Source: Octopus vulgaris (lineage: Eukaryota). From it: DNA of 64,000 bases. Below, one piece after another: positions 25,844 to 39,609 of this stretch (position 1 is its first letter; every line of letters begins with the position of its first letter). The stretch covers positions 46,438,001 to 46,502,000 of the forward strand of contig OX597819.1 of the NCBI GenBank assembly GCA_951406725.2, written 5' to 3'. Both the position numbers and the translations under genes were made by a program. The notes under the pieces were generated by a model. It ran no database searches. It saw only the letters and a list, made by a program, of their open reading frames with translations, and was not told the origin of the DNA.

Positions 25844-25844
<1 letters not shown>
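25172..25844 (-). mobile_element. Retrozyme/non-autonomous PLE-like element: 534-bp unit plus 139-bp terminal redundancy
   Basis: 25172-25310 identical to 25706-25844; canonical HHR inside; (TA)n on both flanks; no credible ORF. Confidence 0.85.
25456..25537 (-). ncRNA. Canonical type-I hammerhead ribozyme
   Basis: UUUUGG-CUGAGGA-GCUA-(43 nt)-UAGC-GAAAC-AAUU-GUC-CCAAAA: all core nucleotides, 6-bp stem I, 4-bp stem II, ACAAUUGU palindrome, GUC triplet. Confidence 0.85.
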
Positions 25845-25890
<46 letters not shown>

Positions 25891-25893
<3 letters not shown>

Positions 25894-26097
25894 GTGACCG
25901 CGTGTGCACCGTTGGCGATTTTTTTCCTCCGTCTTCCCTTCTTTGGATCTTTCCTTTTCCTAAGTTTCTGACGAAGAGCTCCGCTCAAAACGTTAAACAC
26001 TCCTACTTTCCTTCTTTCCTGAGCGTCCAATAATACTATACTTGTTCCACGTCCTCGTGTTATGTTTTCTCTTTGTGTTTTCATGTTTTGATTAACT
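25891..26097 (+). mobile_element. Short HHR-bearing PLE-like element (same family as 2125-2338)
   Basis: Aligns to the reverse complement of 2125-2310; HHR at 25964-25998 GTTT-CTGACGA-A-GAGC-TCC-GCTC-AAAAC-GTT-AAAC (G12A). Confidence 0.8.
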
Positions 26098-26150
26098 ATA
26101 TATATAGACATACGTACATATATATATGTATATATATATATGTATGTATG

Positions 26151-26186
<36 letters not shown>

Positions 26187-27129
26187 CGTATGCTGTAAGT
26201 TACGTACAAACAAGGGGATCTCCCACTGAGAACGTAGCATATTTTTTCATAATGTAATATTTGTTTCATTTCCCATTTTTTATACACTCATAAGTAACGT
26301 AAGGGATCTCTTTTACGAAACATGATTATCTTGTCACACTGAGATATGGTAAAACCGCAATTGTTTTTAGTTTTTTTCCCTGGCCTGACAATGCTTTGTA
26401 TTGCTAGATAAATAAAATACCTATTCCACGTTTTCAGTGTATACGCAGTATGCAAATTAGTCTAATTAGTTTAGGTGAGTCATAGTTCATATGCACTTTA
26501 AGACTGATAAAGCCGACAATCTCTTTGTGAACACGGTATGGATAATCTTTTCTAATGAAGGTTTGCAGAAGCAAGACCAAACAATGAACGATCCAACATT
26601 TTCCAGCAACAGTGGAATAGAAGCCCGCGGTTAACGATTTTGTTTACTTTCCGCAGCGTCGATGAAATAAAGTTTTTATTAAAATAAAACGAGTTCAAAA
26701 AAATTTACATGCGAAATAATTTGAAATGATGTACAGTAGATTATGCATTAATATATACAAATACAAAAATAAAGGTACACATCCATACGTAAACAAACAC
26801 AGCATATATGCATACTTTTATATATGTGTGTGTAAGAGAGAGAGAGACAGAGAGAGAGAGAGTTTGTGTGCGTGCGTATGTGCCTATACACACGCAAAAC
26901 ACACATAGAGGATATATCTGTATATCTATTTTTTCATATGCACATGCACAGACACAAATACACTTAATCTTTTTTTTCATTCTCTCTCTCTCTTTATCTC
27001 TCACACTCTCTCTCTCTATCTCTCTCTCTCTCTCTCTCAAACACCAATATGTTCTTAAACACCAGCAAATACACACCTATACACATATAAACATACACAT
27101 GTATATACAACCCGGCAAGCACACACAGA

Positions 27130-27194
27130 GACACACACTTACACTTAAAAATATATACATATGTATATACGTATGCATATACATGTGTATAGTT

Positions 27195-27257
<63 letters not shown>

Positions 27258-27550
27258 CGTATCTGTGTGTGTATATATATATATATATAGATACATATAT
27301 ATATGCATACAAATATATCTATGTATATGTATATATACATACAAATATATATACATAGCCATACGTATACATACCTATAATGTATATATATATATGTAGA
27401 TATCTACATATATTTATATGCATATATATGTATATATATATATATGTGTGTGTGTGAGTGCGTATGTATATGTATATATGTACGTACATGCATATATACA
27501 TACACACACACACATACATACATAGATACATACATACATACATACATTCA

Positions 27551-27583
<33 letters not shown>

Positions 27584-27920
27584 TCACGCATTCCCGAATA
27601 TCCTCTCACCGATCGCGGAGATATTTCTTTCCAGTTCAACGAAGCAGAACAATAGACTTTGGATAATTCGGTTGTGAATCAATAATTTTGGCGTATCAAC
27701 ATCATCGCGGTAGTGTCATTACTACAATTGGCTGTGTTAAAAACACTGTTGAAATAATGGCGGTTTTTATATATGAAAATCATACAGCAATTAAAATGTT
27801 GTTTGAATGGGATTCATTTGCGAAGAACAATGCACTATACTTAAGACTCAGTTTGTATCATTCGTATATACGTCTGTATGTACGGTGCGTTTGGATGTAA
27901 TTATGTGTGTATATATACAT

Positions 27921-28018
<98 letters not shown>

Positions 28019-28361
28019 GTATATGTATATATATATGTATATATATATGTATATATATATATATGTATATGTATATATGTGTATGTGTGTGTGAGAGAGA
28101 GGGAGAGAGTGTGTATGTGTGATGGTGTGTGTGCATATATATATATATGTGTGTGTGTATATATACACGTTCATATATATATTTATGTATATATGTATGT
28201 ATGCGTGATCACGTGTGTATGCGTGTTGAGGTTACTTGTATCCCTATTATTATTATCCCTATTATTATTATTATTATCATCATCATCATGTCTGCGTGGA
28301 TGCGTCAGCTTATATGTGCATATATGTGCGTATGCGTTTGTGTGTGCGTGTATGTGTGCTC

Positions 28362-28408
<47 letters not shown>

Positions 28409-28410
28409 CG

Positions 28411-28454
<44 letters not shown>

Positions 28455-28464
28455 CATACATACA

Positions 28465-28537
<73 letters not shown>

Positions 28538-28540
28538 GAG
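27130..28540. repeat. Compound (TA)n/(CATA)n/(TG)n low-complexity region
   Basis: Read directly; includes a non-microsatellite interruption at ~27585-27900. Confidence 0.85.
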
Positions 28541-28646
28541 TGTGTATTTTGCGTATGCAAGTAGTGTATATGTTAATTCAAATATTTGAAGAAATCTGTC
28601 TGAAGCAGAAAATAAAATCCAGAGACAGTCAGACAGACAGACAGAA

Positions 28647-28772
28647 GAGAGGGAGAGGGAAGGTGAGAGGGAGAGGGAAGGTGAGAGGGAGAGGGAAGGT
28701 GAGAGGGAGAGAGAAGGTGAGAGGGAGAGGGAAGGTGAGAGGGAGAGGGAAGGTGAGAGGGAGAGGGAAGGT
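28647..28772 (+). repeat. 18-bp purine-rich minisatellite, 7 copies
   Basis: Unit GAGAGGGAGAGGGAAGGT, one substitution in unit 4. Confidence 0.95.
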
Positions 28773-29218
28773 GGGAGAAAGTGAAAGATGCATTAAGGGA
28801 GAAGTATATAATATTGTGTACACTAGTTCTATTGATGTGGTTTAAATAGTTTTTTAAAAAATCAATTGTTAAATCCACGAAAGCATTTGTATGTATGTAT
28901 GTATGTATGTATGTATGTATGTATGTATGTATGTATGTTCGTATGTATGTATGTATGTATGTATGTATGTATGTATGCATGTATGTATGTATGCATGTAT
29001 GTATGTATGTGAGGGTGTACTCTGTTTGGTGTACTCTCAGTTGTTTAGTAGGTCAGTGAAGTTACCTGAAATATAATTAACTATCGCATTTGAGGTGTGA
29101 AGAGAGTCGGCTTAATAGATTTATGAATATATACACACGCCTCAAATCAAAGATGGTGGATTGTGCATTGCTCCAATTGTACGCATATAAATTCACATAA
29201 ACACACGCACACACACAT

Positions 29219-29273
<55 letters not shown>

Positions 29274-29679
29274 TTGGTGATTACCTAGGGCACGTCATCT
29301 GTTTGTTCTAAAGGTGAAACAAGAACACGAATATACGGTTGATTGAATGGAATCGGATGGAATCAATCCAGTTCACTGTAATCTTAGAATTATTGGTCGA
29401 TATTTCCTTCAAACTCGGGATGTATGAAAGGCAAAGTCGGCCGAGGGGAAGTCTGAACTGGGGAGAACGTCTTGGAATATAACTAAATTCTGGAAGGCAA
29501 GATATATTTGTTTCTCTACCGATTCCGCTATACAGAACTCACAAGATTTCTTTTAGTTCTAAAGACGTAATATTTACGTAGAGATGTACGTGATTGTGCG
29601 TGCATGTGTGAATGTGTGTATGTACTGTGTAAGTGCGCATGTATGTGTATGCCTTTTTTGTGCGTATTCATATTTATAA

Positions 29680-29716
<37 letters not shown>

Positions 29717-29720
<4 letters not shown>

Positions 29721-30051
29721 TCAGTGGATAGAGCGTCGAGCTTACGATCGTGAGGTTGTGAGCTCGAATCCCGGACGGGGCTGCGTGTTGTGTTCTTGAG
29801 CAAGGCACTTTATTTCACGTTGCTCCAGTTCACTCAGCTGTAGAAATGAGTTGCGACGTCACAGGTGCCAAGCTGTATCGGCCCTTGCCTTTCCCTTGGA
29901 CAACATCGGTGACGTGGAGAGGGGAGGCCGGTATGCATGGGCGACTGCTGGTCTTCCATAAAACAACCTTGCCCAGACTTGTGCCTCAGAGGGTATCTCT
30001 CTAGGTGCAAACCCATGGTCAGTGCCTGACCGAAGGGGGTCTTTACCCTTT
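29717..30051 (+). mobile_element. Full-length tRNA-derived SINE (family A) in (TA)n
   Basis: A box TGGCTCAGTGGATAGAGC, B box GCTCGAATCCC, conserved central domain, tail ending CTTTACCCTTT. Confidence 0.9.
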
Positions 30052-30053
30052 AT

Positions 30054-30129
<76 letters not shown>

Positions 30130-30505
30130 GTTCGTATACACTCATATTTTACTGAAGTTAAAATTACTTCACAAACTCTTATTTTCGTATAACCGATCCT
30201 CGGACAATCGAGAGTATTATGTGTGCGTGTATAAGTCATTTGATCATCAGACGCCGAAGGAATTTACGACTTATTGGTCACCCTAGAATATACCGACAAA
30301 GTACTATTCAAAGTAACATGTGATCTTGAAATCCCCTTAGGCGCTAAATATTCGTAGGTTTAGTTTTCTCTGTGTACACAACTGAAATATCCCATCTGAT
30401 ATTTCGACTCTCACCAACCATAAACCGGAACCACAGGAATTACTCAACCCTGCCTGGTGCATACCTATTCAAGTACCTGATTCTATCTGAATCCTCATCT
30501 TACCT

Positions 30506-30606
<101 letters not shown>

Positions 30607-30724
30607 GTGCGAGCGCGCGTGTTTGTGTAAGCATATATGCATGTATGAATGTGAATGTGTGAGTATGTGCAACCATGTGTGAGTGTATGCGTGTGGTGTG
30701 TGTGACTGTGTGTTTGTGTGTGTG

Positions 30725-30762
<38 letters not shown>

Positions 30763-31859
30763 TGTGTCTGTGTATCTGTGTGTGTGGAGAACGTTTTTAC
30801 AATACACATTTGCTTCTAAACTGAAAAGATGTCTGCATCCAATACAGAAAATTACTAGCAACATTGAAATCTTTACATGTGTGCAATTCCTTACATCCAT
30901 TCCGCGCCGTATTGTATATCGCACTGTCTTTGGGCTGTTGAGAGCAGCATGTCAGTTGTTCCCATGATAAGGGGCTGTTAGTGTTTCCTTCAAGTGTTTT
31001 TCATATCTGGTAAGTGCGACCTTAATAGTGGTCGCTCCTCTCGACTCTATTTCATATCACAATATTTCCCCTTCAGAGAGACAGACAGGCAGAGAGTGAA
31101 AAAAGGAGGGTAGGGAGTGGGAGAACTCTAGAAGAGGAAGAGACAGAAATATGTATTGGGCCCCAGTCCTTGATTGGTATTTTATTTACCAGCCCCGAAA
31201 CTAGGAAATGTTACGTTGATCTCGGTGCGATTCGAACTGCAAGTTTTTCTATCAAATTATCTGACGACTCTACCGCTTCGCTGTAATAAACAACGTAGTG
31301 TCTCCTTCAAAGGTCAACCAGCCAAGAGCTAACCGTCTTTTTATACGGAACCATTTCCTATTAAACATTATTAGACCTAAAGTGCTGCCTTGTTTAGCAC
31401 CATATGGTAGCCAGCAGGGCGTTTTAATAGAGTCCACTCTCTGACCACCTTCTTGTTACTGATATTAATCTCCCTTATCAGTTTCACTGGTCTAATTAGT
31501 AACGTTAAAGGTCATGACAACTGTCCACATTTACCTAATCATCTTAATTATTATGTCTCGATAACAGTTTTATCAAACTCTCGATTCATTGAAGCAATCT
31601 TACTAACGTTTACCATTTCTTTTCCAGAAGTTCAGTCGGGGGTTACGGAAAGAACCACATCTTTCTTCGCACGCGTATTTGAAAATGTCATCATACGTCC
31701 GAAAATGCGTATGTATTATTATTACCTATTTTCTCCTCTTTCTCCTTCTCCTTCTCTTCCTCCTCTTCATCATGATCATCATCCTCATCTACATCCTCCT
31801 CCTCCTCATCTTCTTCTTCTTCTTCTTCTTTTACTATTATTATTATTATTAAAATTGTT

Positions 31860-33630
31860 TTGACTCTCGCTGTTCTATTTGCGGTTGTTCTTTACTTGAA
31901 AGCAGGCAATAACAAATCACCAACGGTTTCAAGTAGTGCCTTCTTCTGTGAGACAGACAATACTCTCCTTAGAATGCGAGATGTACCCAACAATGCTGTC
32001 TTCTGGATCACTTCCAGCCTGACAGCAGCTCCAATATTCTTAATAAGATTTTCAAAGCCTTTGGAAGCTGTTCTTAATGCTCCTTATACCACAGGTATCA
32101 CTATTATTTTCCTTATGCCCCGTAACTTTCCTATCTCGTCCCGCCGTGGCTAGTATTTCTCACTCTTTTTGAAACGCCTGGTATTGCTACATTTATTATG
32201 TTTGCTTCTTTTTCATCTTTATGGGTGATCACGATATCTGGCCGTCTCGCCTCTATGACTTAATCGCACTGTATGTTAAAATCCCAGAGTATTTTGTAAT
32301 GTTCGTTTGCCATTACTCGTCTGGCTTGTGTTCATACAATTGTTCGGCTCTCTCGAGGTTTGCTTTACCGCACAACAGCCAGTGGACATATCTGGCCACA
32401 TCGTCGTGTCTCCTTTTATATTCACGTTGTGCGTCAATATGGCTTATACTTTCTCCTTTCTCAGAGCACATCCTGCATTGTGGCGAGCCAGTGCCTTCAT
32501 CAATATGATATTTGGAGTAGTTTGTTCTGAGAGCCTGTTCTTGAGTGCTGCACACTAATGTCTCAGTGGGCTCTGAAGTCTCCTTTCTGTAGCCATTGCC
32601 AGGTTCTATTCCAATCAATCTCATCTTTATTCTTCAAGAACTGACGGGTCATTTTCTTGTCCGGCCAAATTTTCTCCATCAGCTCTCTCTGGTCTTTCTG
32701 GAATCGTGTTGGTTCTACGGTTTCGTTCACTTTAAGGTTTCCTGCATTTTTACTGCATCAATCATTTCTGTTTTACTCCCCTTGACACACCAAGCCAGGT
32801 TGTATTCCTCTTCCTTACACAACCTTCACAACACACCAATACCCACCCTCCTTTTCTCTTTACATACAATCTTGACACATCACTCTAGGAGTGTAGTTCC
32901 TTGTTCATTATCATTAATGTACATATTCTCCGGTCTGTCTCTTGTAATTCATTCTTCTTCCGAGATACTATTCCTACCCCATATCTCATCAAAGCAACCA
33001 TCCACATATTAATCGCTCTAATCTTATAGCGGCCATTTAGCATCGATTGAAGCACAAGCCGAGTTCTCCTCAATTATTCTTTCCTGTACATTTGTTTCAT
33101 CATGCGTTCATTCATCTTATTTCTTTCAGTGATACCCAGGTACTTATATCCTTCCTCTCCGACTTTCTTTATATTTTCGCCACTTTCCAGCTTGATACCA
33201 TGGCTTTTACTGATTTCCCCCTTTTTGAAAATCCTTACACCATATTTCTCGATCACAAATTCCATGCCAATATCTTTGCTAATCATCTGCACAGTTGTCG
33301 TCAAACTCTCAATTTCTTTTTCAGTCTTAGCAAATAGCATTAGGTCATCCATAAACCACAAGCTGTTTACTTTCACCCTGCCAAGCATGTATCCCACACG
33401 CGTCTTTCTTAAAACGCTGGTTAGTGGCAGTATATGCAGACAACAAATAGTAGAGGCGACAGATTGTCCCCTTAAAAGATTCTTCTTTCGATATTTACCT
33501 CTCCCAGCTTAACTCCTCATACTGTGAGTTCAGTTCGCCACGTTGCCATTCAGTTTTGTATTAACTTCAGGATATTGTTGGAGACCTAAAGCAGTTTAAG
33601 GCATTCAATGATCCACGTGTGTTGGACCAT
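31860..33630 (-). mobile_element. 5'-truncated R4/Dong-like non-LTR retrotransposon
   Basis: RT motifs F*GDNLSPL and FMDDLMLFAK...DIGMEF; QEQALRTN, CRMC..GESISHI, RRHD, RRPDIV nuclease motif; broken reading frame; TAA-type repeats at the ends. Confidence 0.9.
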
Positions 33631-33644
33631 GTCTGTTGTTGTTG

Positions 33645-33708
<64 letters not shown>

Positions 33709-33869
33709 TACTTTTTTTTCTTCTTCTTTCAAATTTGCTATCATTTCTTGCCGAGTGTCTTCCCGACTCCTAGGGCAAAGAAACTCATAGTATACATTGG
33801 TAGGCCATTAAACCAAACTCAGTAGTTCGTTCAATTTTTTTTTTTTTTTTTAAAGTTAAATTAAAATAC

Positions 33870-33970
33870 ATGAGCAGCAACAGTTCTCACATCGACAATG
33901 CTCTTCTCAATACGTGTGATGTACCAGTTAAGACAATCTTTTGCACTTCTTGCAGGGATGGTAAGCCAGG
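33870..33970 (-). mobile_element. R4/Dong-like 3' end fragment
   Basis: Translates PGLPSLQEVQKIVLTGTSHVLRRALSM*; abuts (TTA)n. Confidence 0.75.
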
Positions 33971-34168
<198 letters not shown>

Positions 34169-34174
34169 ATATAC

Positions 34175-34395
34175 ACTCAACAGATTAGACTGTTGGAAAA
34201 GAAAAGAATCCTAACATCGGGTTACAACATGTTGCCTTAGATGTCAAGAACCCTCCTATCTGGTTACAGCAAGTAATTTTCGATGCCAAGAACCCTCCTA
34301 AGTATCCTATCTGTCCTTAATAATACTGTTTTCTGCAGCTGCACTAAACTGGGTTTTATGCTTATTTCCTCTTTCCATCAGTTCAGATCTTTAGA
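34175..34395 (-). mobile_element. R4/Dong-like 3' end fragment
   Basis: Translates ISIKPSLVQLQKTVLLRTDRILRRVLGI; between TTA runs. Confidence 0.75.
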
Positions 34396-34407
34396 GATTA
34401 TTATTAT

Positions 34408-34620
34408 CAAGGCGGCGAGTTGGCAGAATCGTTAGCATGCCGTACAAAATGCTTAGCAGCATATTGTCCGTCCTTACGTTCTGAATTCAAATTCCGCCGT
34501 GGTTGACTTTGTCTTTCATCCTTTAGGGGTCGATAAATTAAGTACCAATGAAGCAATGGGGTCAGTGTAATCGACTAGTTTCCTCCCACAAAATTTCAGG
34601 CCTTGTGCCTATAGTAGAAA
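34408..34620 (+). mobile_element. SINE family C, full length, with (AAT)n tail
   Basis: AAGGCGGCGAGTTGGCAGAATCGTTAGC...TTCAAATTCCGCC...CCTTGTGCCTATAGTAGAAA. Confidence 0.85.
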
Positions 34621-34622
34621 TG

Positions 34623-34682
<60 letters not shown>

Positions 34683-34711
34683 GTAATAATAATAACAACA
34701 ACAACAACAAC

Positions 34712-34774
<63 letters not shown>

Positions 34775-35204
34775 TATCAACATCATCATCATCATTATCA
34801 TTACCATCATCAGCATCATCAGCAGCAGCATCATTTTTGACATAAGAAGTTTGAAAATGCAGATGAACCGGTCCTTACAACATTACGTACTCTAGGCTAT
34901 TGGTTTTAGTACGGGCGTAAATTATGCTAGAATTATCTGCAGCTGGAAATGGCTTCATTTGGTGAACATAAATATATACAACTACGAAACTTAGTTCTGT
35001 TCTTTGTTTTTTTGTTTTTTCGTGCTGCTTTCTCAAAATACTAACAAATTAAAGGAGGAGTAAATATCGTTAAGTTAATCAGGAGTACGCAGAAGTGAGT
35101 TGCACTTCTAGACAGTGTGAGAGAAAAGCCATCAATATTATCAAGTGATTACATATATTGAGTGCGCAATTATTTCTGATTTATGGATTAACTGATTAAC
35201 GAGA

Positions 35205-35805
35205 GTGATGAAAATCAAATATCCAATCAACATCATGGTATTTAGAATGATCACTAGTGATGGCGACGTTATGCCTCCATACATCTTCCTACACGGCCTC
35301 TCACTCAACATGGAGGCCTACATCAAGTGCCTGGAGGCGGCAGTCCTGCCCTGGGTCAAGAGGGTGTCTACTGGAAGAACCTATGTCTGGCAACAGGACT
35401 CTGCACCATGCAACACAAGCAGAAGAACCCAGTCATAGCTGTCAAACAATTTTTGCGACTAAATCACACCTAACAAATGACCACCTAACACTCCAGACTG
35501 TAAACTCCTTGATTAGTATGTGTAGAGCGCAGTTGAGCAAGAGACCAACATTTTCTCCTTGTAACACCAAAGATGACCTGAAGGCAAGGATTATGGCTGC
35601 ATTCACCAACTTAAACAAGGAGACAGTCCAGAAGAATTGCAGGAGATTCTGGAGTCGTCTGGAAGCCGGGGTTGAAGCCAATGGCGATTTTATTGAATAT
35701 ATTTGCTCATTAGTATTTCAAGATATGTTTTTGTAATTTTGGTAAATATATCTGTTAAAGTGAAATATCGCGTAATTTGGACAACAGTTTATTCACCGCA
35801 CCCTG
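35205..35805 (+). pseudogene. maT/mori-type (DD37D) Tc1/mariner transposase, 3' part with right TIR
   Basis: YVWQQDSAPC ... PPNTPDCKLLD with 37 residues between the second and third D; ends EANGDFIE; terminus CACCGCACCCTG + TA; in-frame stops. Confidence 0.9.
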
Positions 35806-35811
35806 TATTTA

Positions 35812-35943
35812 TTCAAAGTTTCCATCAAAGCAACCCAACATAACAGGGGCAATCTCAGAATTATGGAAGCTGCCCTTATAAACAAATTGAGAGCAGCCAC
35901 TAACAACATGAAGGAACTACACGAAGCGGACTGGTTGCTATAG
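35812..35943 (+). pseudogene. C-terminus of a Penelope-like GIY-YIG endonuclease domain
   Basis: FKVSIKATQHNRGNLRIMEAALINKLRAATNNMKELHEADWLL* fits the GIY-YIG R..EA..I......N end; followed ~100 bp later by an HHR as in PLE pLTRs. Confidence 0.7.
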
Positions 35944-36046
35944 CAATACCATTCCGCGCTTGTAACCTTCCTCCTTTTTGCCCTGTCGCCCCCTCCCGCC
36001 ACACACAAATCTGAGCAACAGCCTTTTCCAACTACCACCGTTCCGA

Positions 36047-36086
36047 ATGTCCTGAAGAAGGGATTTTCACCCCGAAATATAGAAAT
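36047..36086 (+). ncRNA. Minimal hammerhead motif in PLE pLTR
   Basis: ATGTC-CTGAAGA-A-GGG-ATTTTCAC-CCC-GAAA-TATA-GAAAT; core intact, one stem I mismatch. Confidence 0.7.
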
Positions 36087-36444
36087 ACAAGGTCTTAGTG
36101 CAAATTTGTTTTCTTTTCCTTTTGTAGTTTACTTTGCACCTTCTCGTATTTTTCCAGCCTTACACAACTATATTCTTTAAATTATACCTCACAATGCTTC
36201 AGCTAAACTACCTCATTTTAATATATATGTATGTGTGTGTGTGTATGAACTCAGGATTTACCCATCGCGTAGAATACATTAAAATTGTTTATCTTAAATA
36301 CTTGCAAATTCATCTGATGCGGTCAGACAGGACTTAGACTATACTGGAGTCCTGGAACAGTAGCAGCTTTAATATATTATCCCTGTCTATTCAATGTGTG
36401 CATACACATACACACACACATGTATATACATATCTAAAGAAATA

Positions 36445-36483
<39 letters not shown>

Positions 36484-37011
36484 ATGCATAATTATATATT
36501 AAACTTGCACACACACACATACACACACACATACACACACGTACACACGCAGGTATGATAGACTCTCCCGCCGGTTTCGTCGTATGAGCATCCTATAACT
36601 TACAATTTCTTTGTCAGTCATAACGTTTATGTCGAATGTCATATTTGAGTGCCACCAAAAATTTTCAAAGAAGCCCCCAGATGTTACAAGTTTGAAGATT
36701 ATGAGTGAGTGCAGGCGACATATTTCCGGCCGATTTTCTCCTATATCTAGCATCCCTAAGCCTGTTAATGCATATAAGACGGCAATGGACATTATATCAT
36801 GCAAATAGATTAAGGTCACAACAATTTGTCTTCTTTTCCTTTCACTGTACTTTTCTATGAAGCTCAGCTTTTACCGTTAGGGTGTAATCGACACCCCTCT
36901 CACTAGGAAATCATCTAATTTTCTTTGTTATAGAGTCTGTTGTCTGTGCTAGTCAAGTAAATATTGTAAGTCAATGTAGAGTTAAATATTTTACTCTGAA
37001 GCAAAGTTACA

Positions 37012-37350
37012 TGGCTCAGTGTTAAGAGCGCCAGGCTCACAATCATGAGGTAGTAAGTTCGATTCCCGGACCGGGCTGTGTGTTGTGTTCGTGAGCAAGA
37101 CACTTTATTTCACGTTGCTCCATTTTACTCAGCTGTAGAAATGTGTTGTGACGTCACTGGTGCCAAGCTGTACCGGCATTTGCCTTCCTCTTGGATATCA
37201 TCGGTAGCATGAAGAGGGGAGGCTAGTATGCATGGACAACTGCTGGTCTTCCATAAACAACCTTGCCCAGACTTGTGCTTCGGAGGGTAAATTTTTAGGT
37301 TTAATCCCATGGTCATTCATGACTGAAGGAGGGGGTCTTTACCCTTTACT
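37012..37350 (+). mobile_element. SINE family A, full length
   Basis: Colinear with 29717-30051, more diverged. Confidence 0.9.
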
Positions 37351-38525
37351 ATGAAGCATAAATACTTTAATTTCAAATGGTAATTTTATATTTATATTCA
37401 CATTCCTTAGAACGTACAGAAAGCATTCCAAACAATAATAAATCTTTGTAATGTATAAGCATAAAACAATATATTTTTCTTGTGTGATTTAAGTGTCAAG
37501 TTTTGATATTCACACCTTCTTACTCGAATTATCGATGTAAATATTACAGCTCTGTTTAGGAATCGAAACCGGGTTGGGTTATTAGCTTACGAAATAATAC
37601 TACAGTACTGCAGTATGGTGCATGCCACAAGCTGTTTTGATAGAATTGGGGGAATAGATAAAAACTTCACGAAAACAAAACCGAAAGCAAAAATAGTTTG
37701 ATTCCTCGTCAGTATTTTCGAGAAAGGAAAATTCCAGATAGAATATCTTTTATTCAAACAAATCAACACTGTGTGGAAATAAAGAAAATAATATGAATAA
37801 ATAAAAGACAATTGGGAGAAAAGAAAAATAATATGATAATAAACACCTTATCTTCCTATGCAGAAGATGTCGAATTTCAAGGGAGATAATCAAGTTTCAT
37901 TTATACATTTTATTATATTATTTCAAGTATAGGAAATGAAAACCAAAAACAACAGAGAAAATGTAAAATATTTTTAAAATATTCAAGACAAATATATCAT
38001 TCTAAAAGAAAAAGCAAATAATGTTAAAATATGGAAGAAAAGCAGAGCTAAATGAAATAATTGTGTGTGAATTAATTCTAATGCATGCAGAAGCTTAACA
38101 ACATGGAATAAGTCGAAAGATTTATGGGTAAAGAACCATAGAAGCATTGGCTTAATTTCTCTCCAATGGAAACCAACAGTGCTTACTGACTTCGATTTTC
38201 TGCGATACAAATTAAAAGATATAGTTTATGATGTTGCTGTTTTTTATTTTATTTCTTTTTTTTTCTATATATTTTTTATATTTATTTTTTTCGTTTATGT
38301 TTTTTTTCATTCGACATCAAAGTAACTATTTTTATTATTTTTTTTTCCTATTCTCGTTTTCTTGCCCTTTGCCCTCCATTCAGCTTTACTTTATTTCTTT
38401 TTTTTTTGTTTCTTTCATCTTTCTTTCTATTTTTCTATATTTTTCCTTGTGTCGCTCTCTCTTTCTCGCTTATTATTTCCCTGATTCTGTCTATCTATCT
38501 ACATATTTATCCATCTATCTGTCCG

Positions 38526-38562
<37 letters not shown>

Positions 38563-38632
38563 TTACCTACTATCTATCTACCTACCTACATATCTATCTA
38601 TCTATCTATCCATCTATCTATCTATCTGTCTG

Positions 38633-38700
<68 letters not shown>

Positions 38701-39292
38701 ATCTATCTAATTCCCTATATTTTCATATTTATGCCGTTCTTGTCTTTTACACTCTCACTCTCACTTAACTATCTCTCTCACTCTCTCTCTCTCTTTGCTT
38801 CCTCTCTCCTCCCCCTGCCCTCTCTCTCTCTCTCTCTTTCTCCCTGTCTCTCCTTTCCTCCATTTTTCGCTTCGCCAACTTATTCTCACAATATTTATGT
38901 CCTCAGTAACATAGATATCTTTCAAATTTCCTTTCTTTTATTGATATCTACTCGTGATATCTTTCTTTTTTTTTTTTCTTTTTCACATAATCTCTTACAT
39001 ACATACTTGCATACATACGTACACACATACATACAGAAATACATGCATTCGTTTCTACATTCATGAAAACACATATCCATACACACTCCTATATGTGCGT
39101 GTGTGTGTCTACGTAGCATGCATGTATATACATAGCTCTGTGCATATACATATATATGTGTTTACATATCAATATATATATGCATACATATTAACACGTG
39201 TACACACACACATACATACATATATACATACATACATACACACACACATACGTACATACATACATACATACATACATACATACATACATACA

Positions 39293-39325
<33 letters not shown>

Positions 39326-39415
39326 GTATGCATACATATATAGATATGTATGCATATCTATATGTATATATATGTGTGAGTGTGTATGTTTCTGTATATA
39401 CGTATGTATATGTTT

Positions 39416-39456
<41 letters not shown>

Positions 39457-39609
39457 GTATATGTATAAATATTTATGTATGTATATATGTGTGTATGTAA
39501 GTATGTATGTGTATGTGTGTATATACATATACATATATGTGTGTGTGTGTGTATGTATATCATATATATATTATATGTATATATATTCATACATACATAC
39601 ATACATGCA

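Noticed and set aside
29717-29790. Functional tRNA genes at SINE heads (also 13525-13597, 24665-24740, 37012-37075, 63891-63965)
   Set aside because: A and B boxes are present but acceptor stems do not close and each continues into a shared SINE body.
30180-30260. Minus-strand CTGATGA...CGAAA in a segment between TA tracts
   Set aside because: No convincing stem I or stem II pairing.
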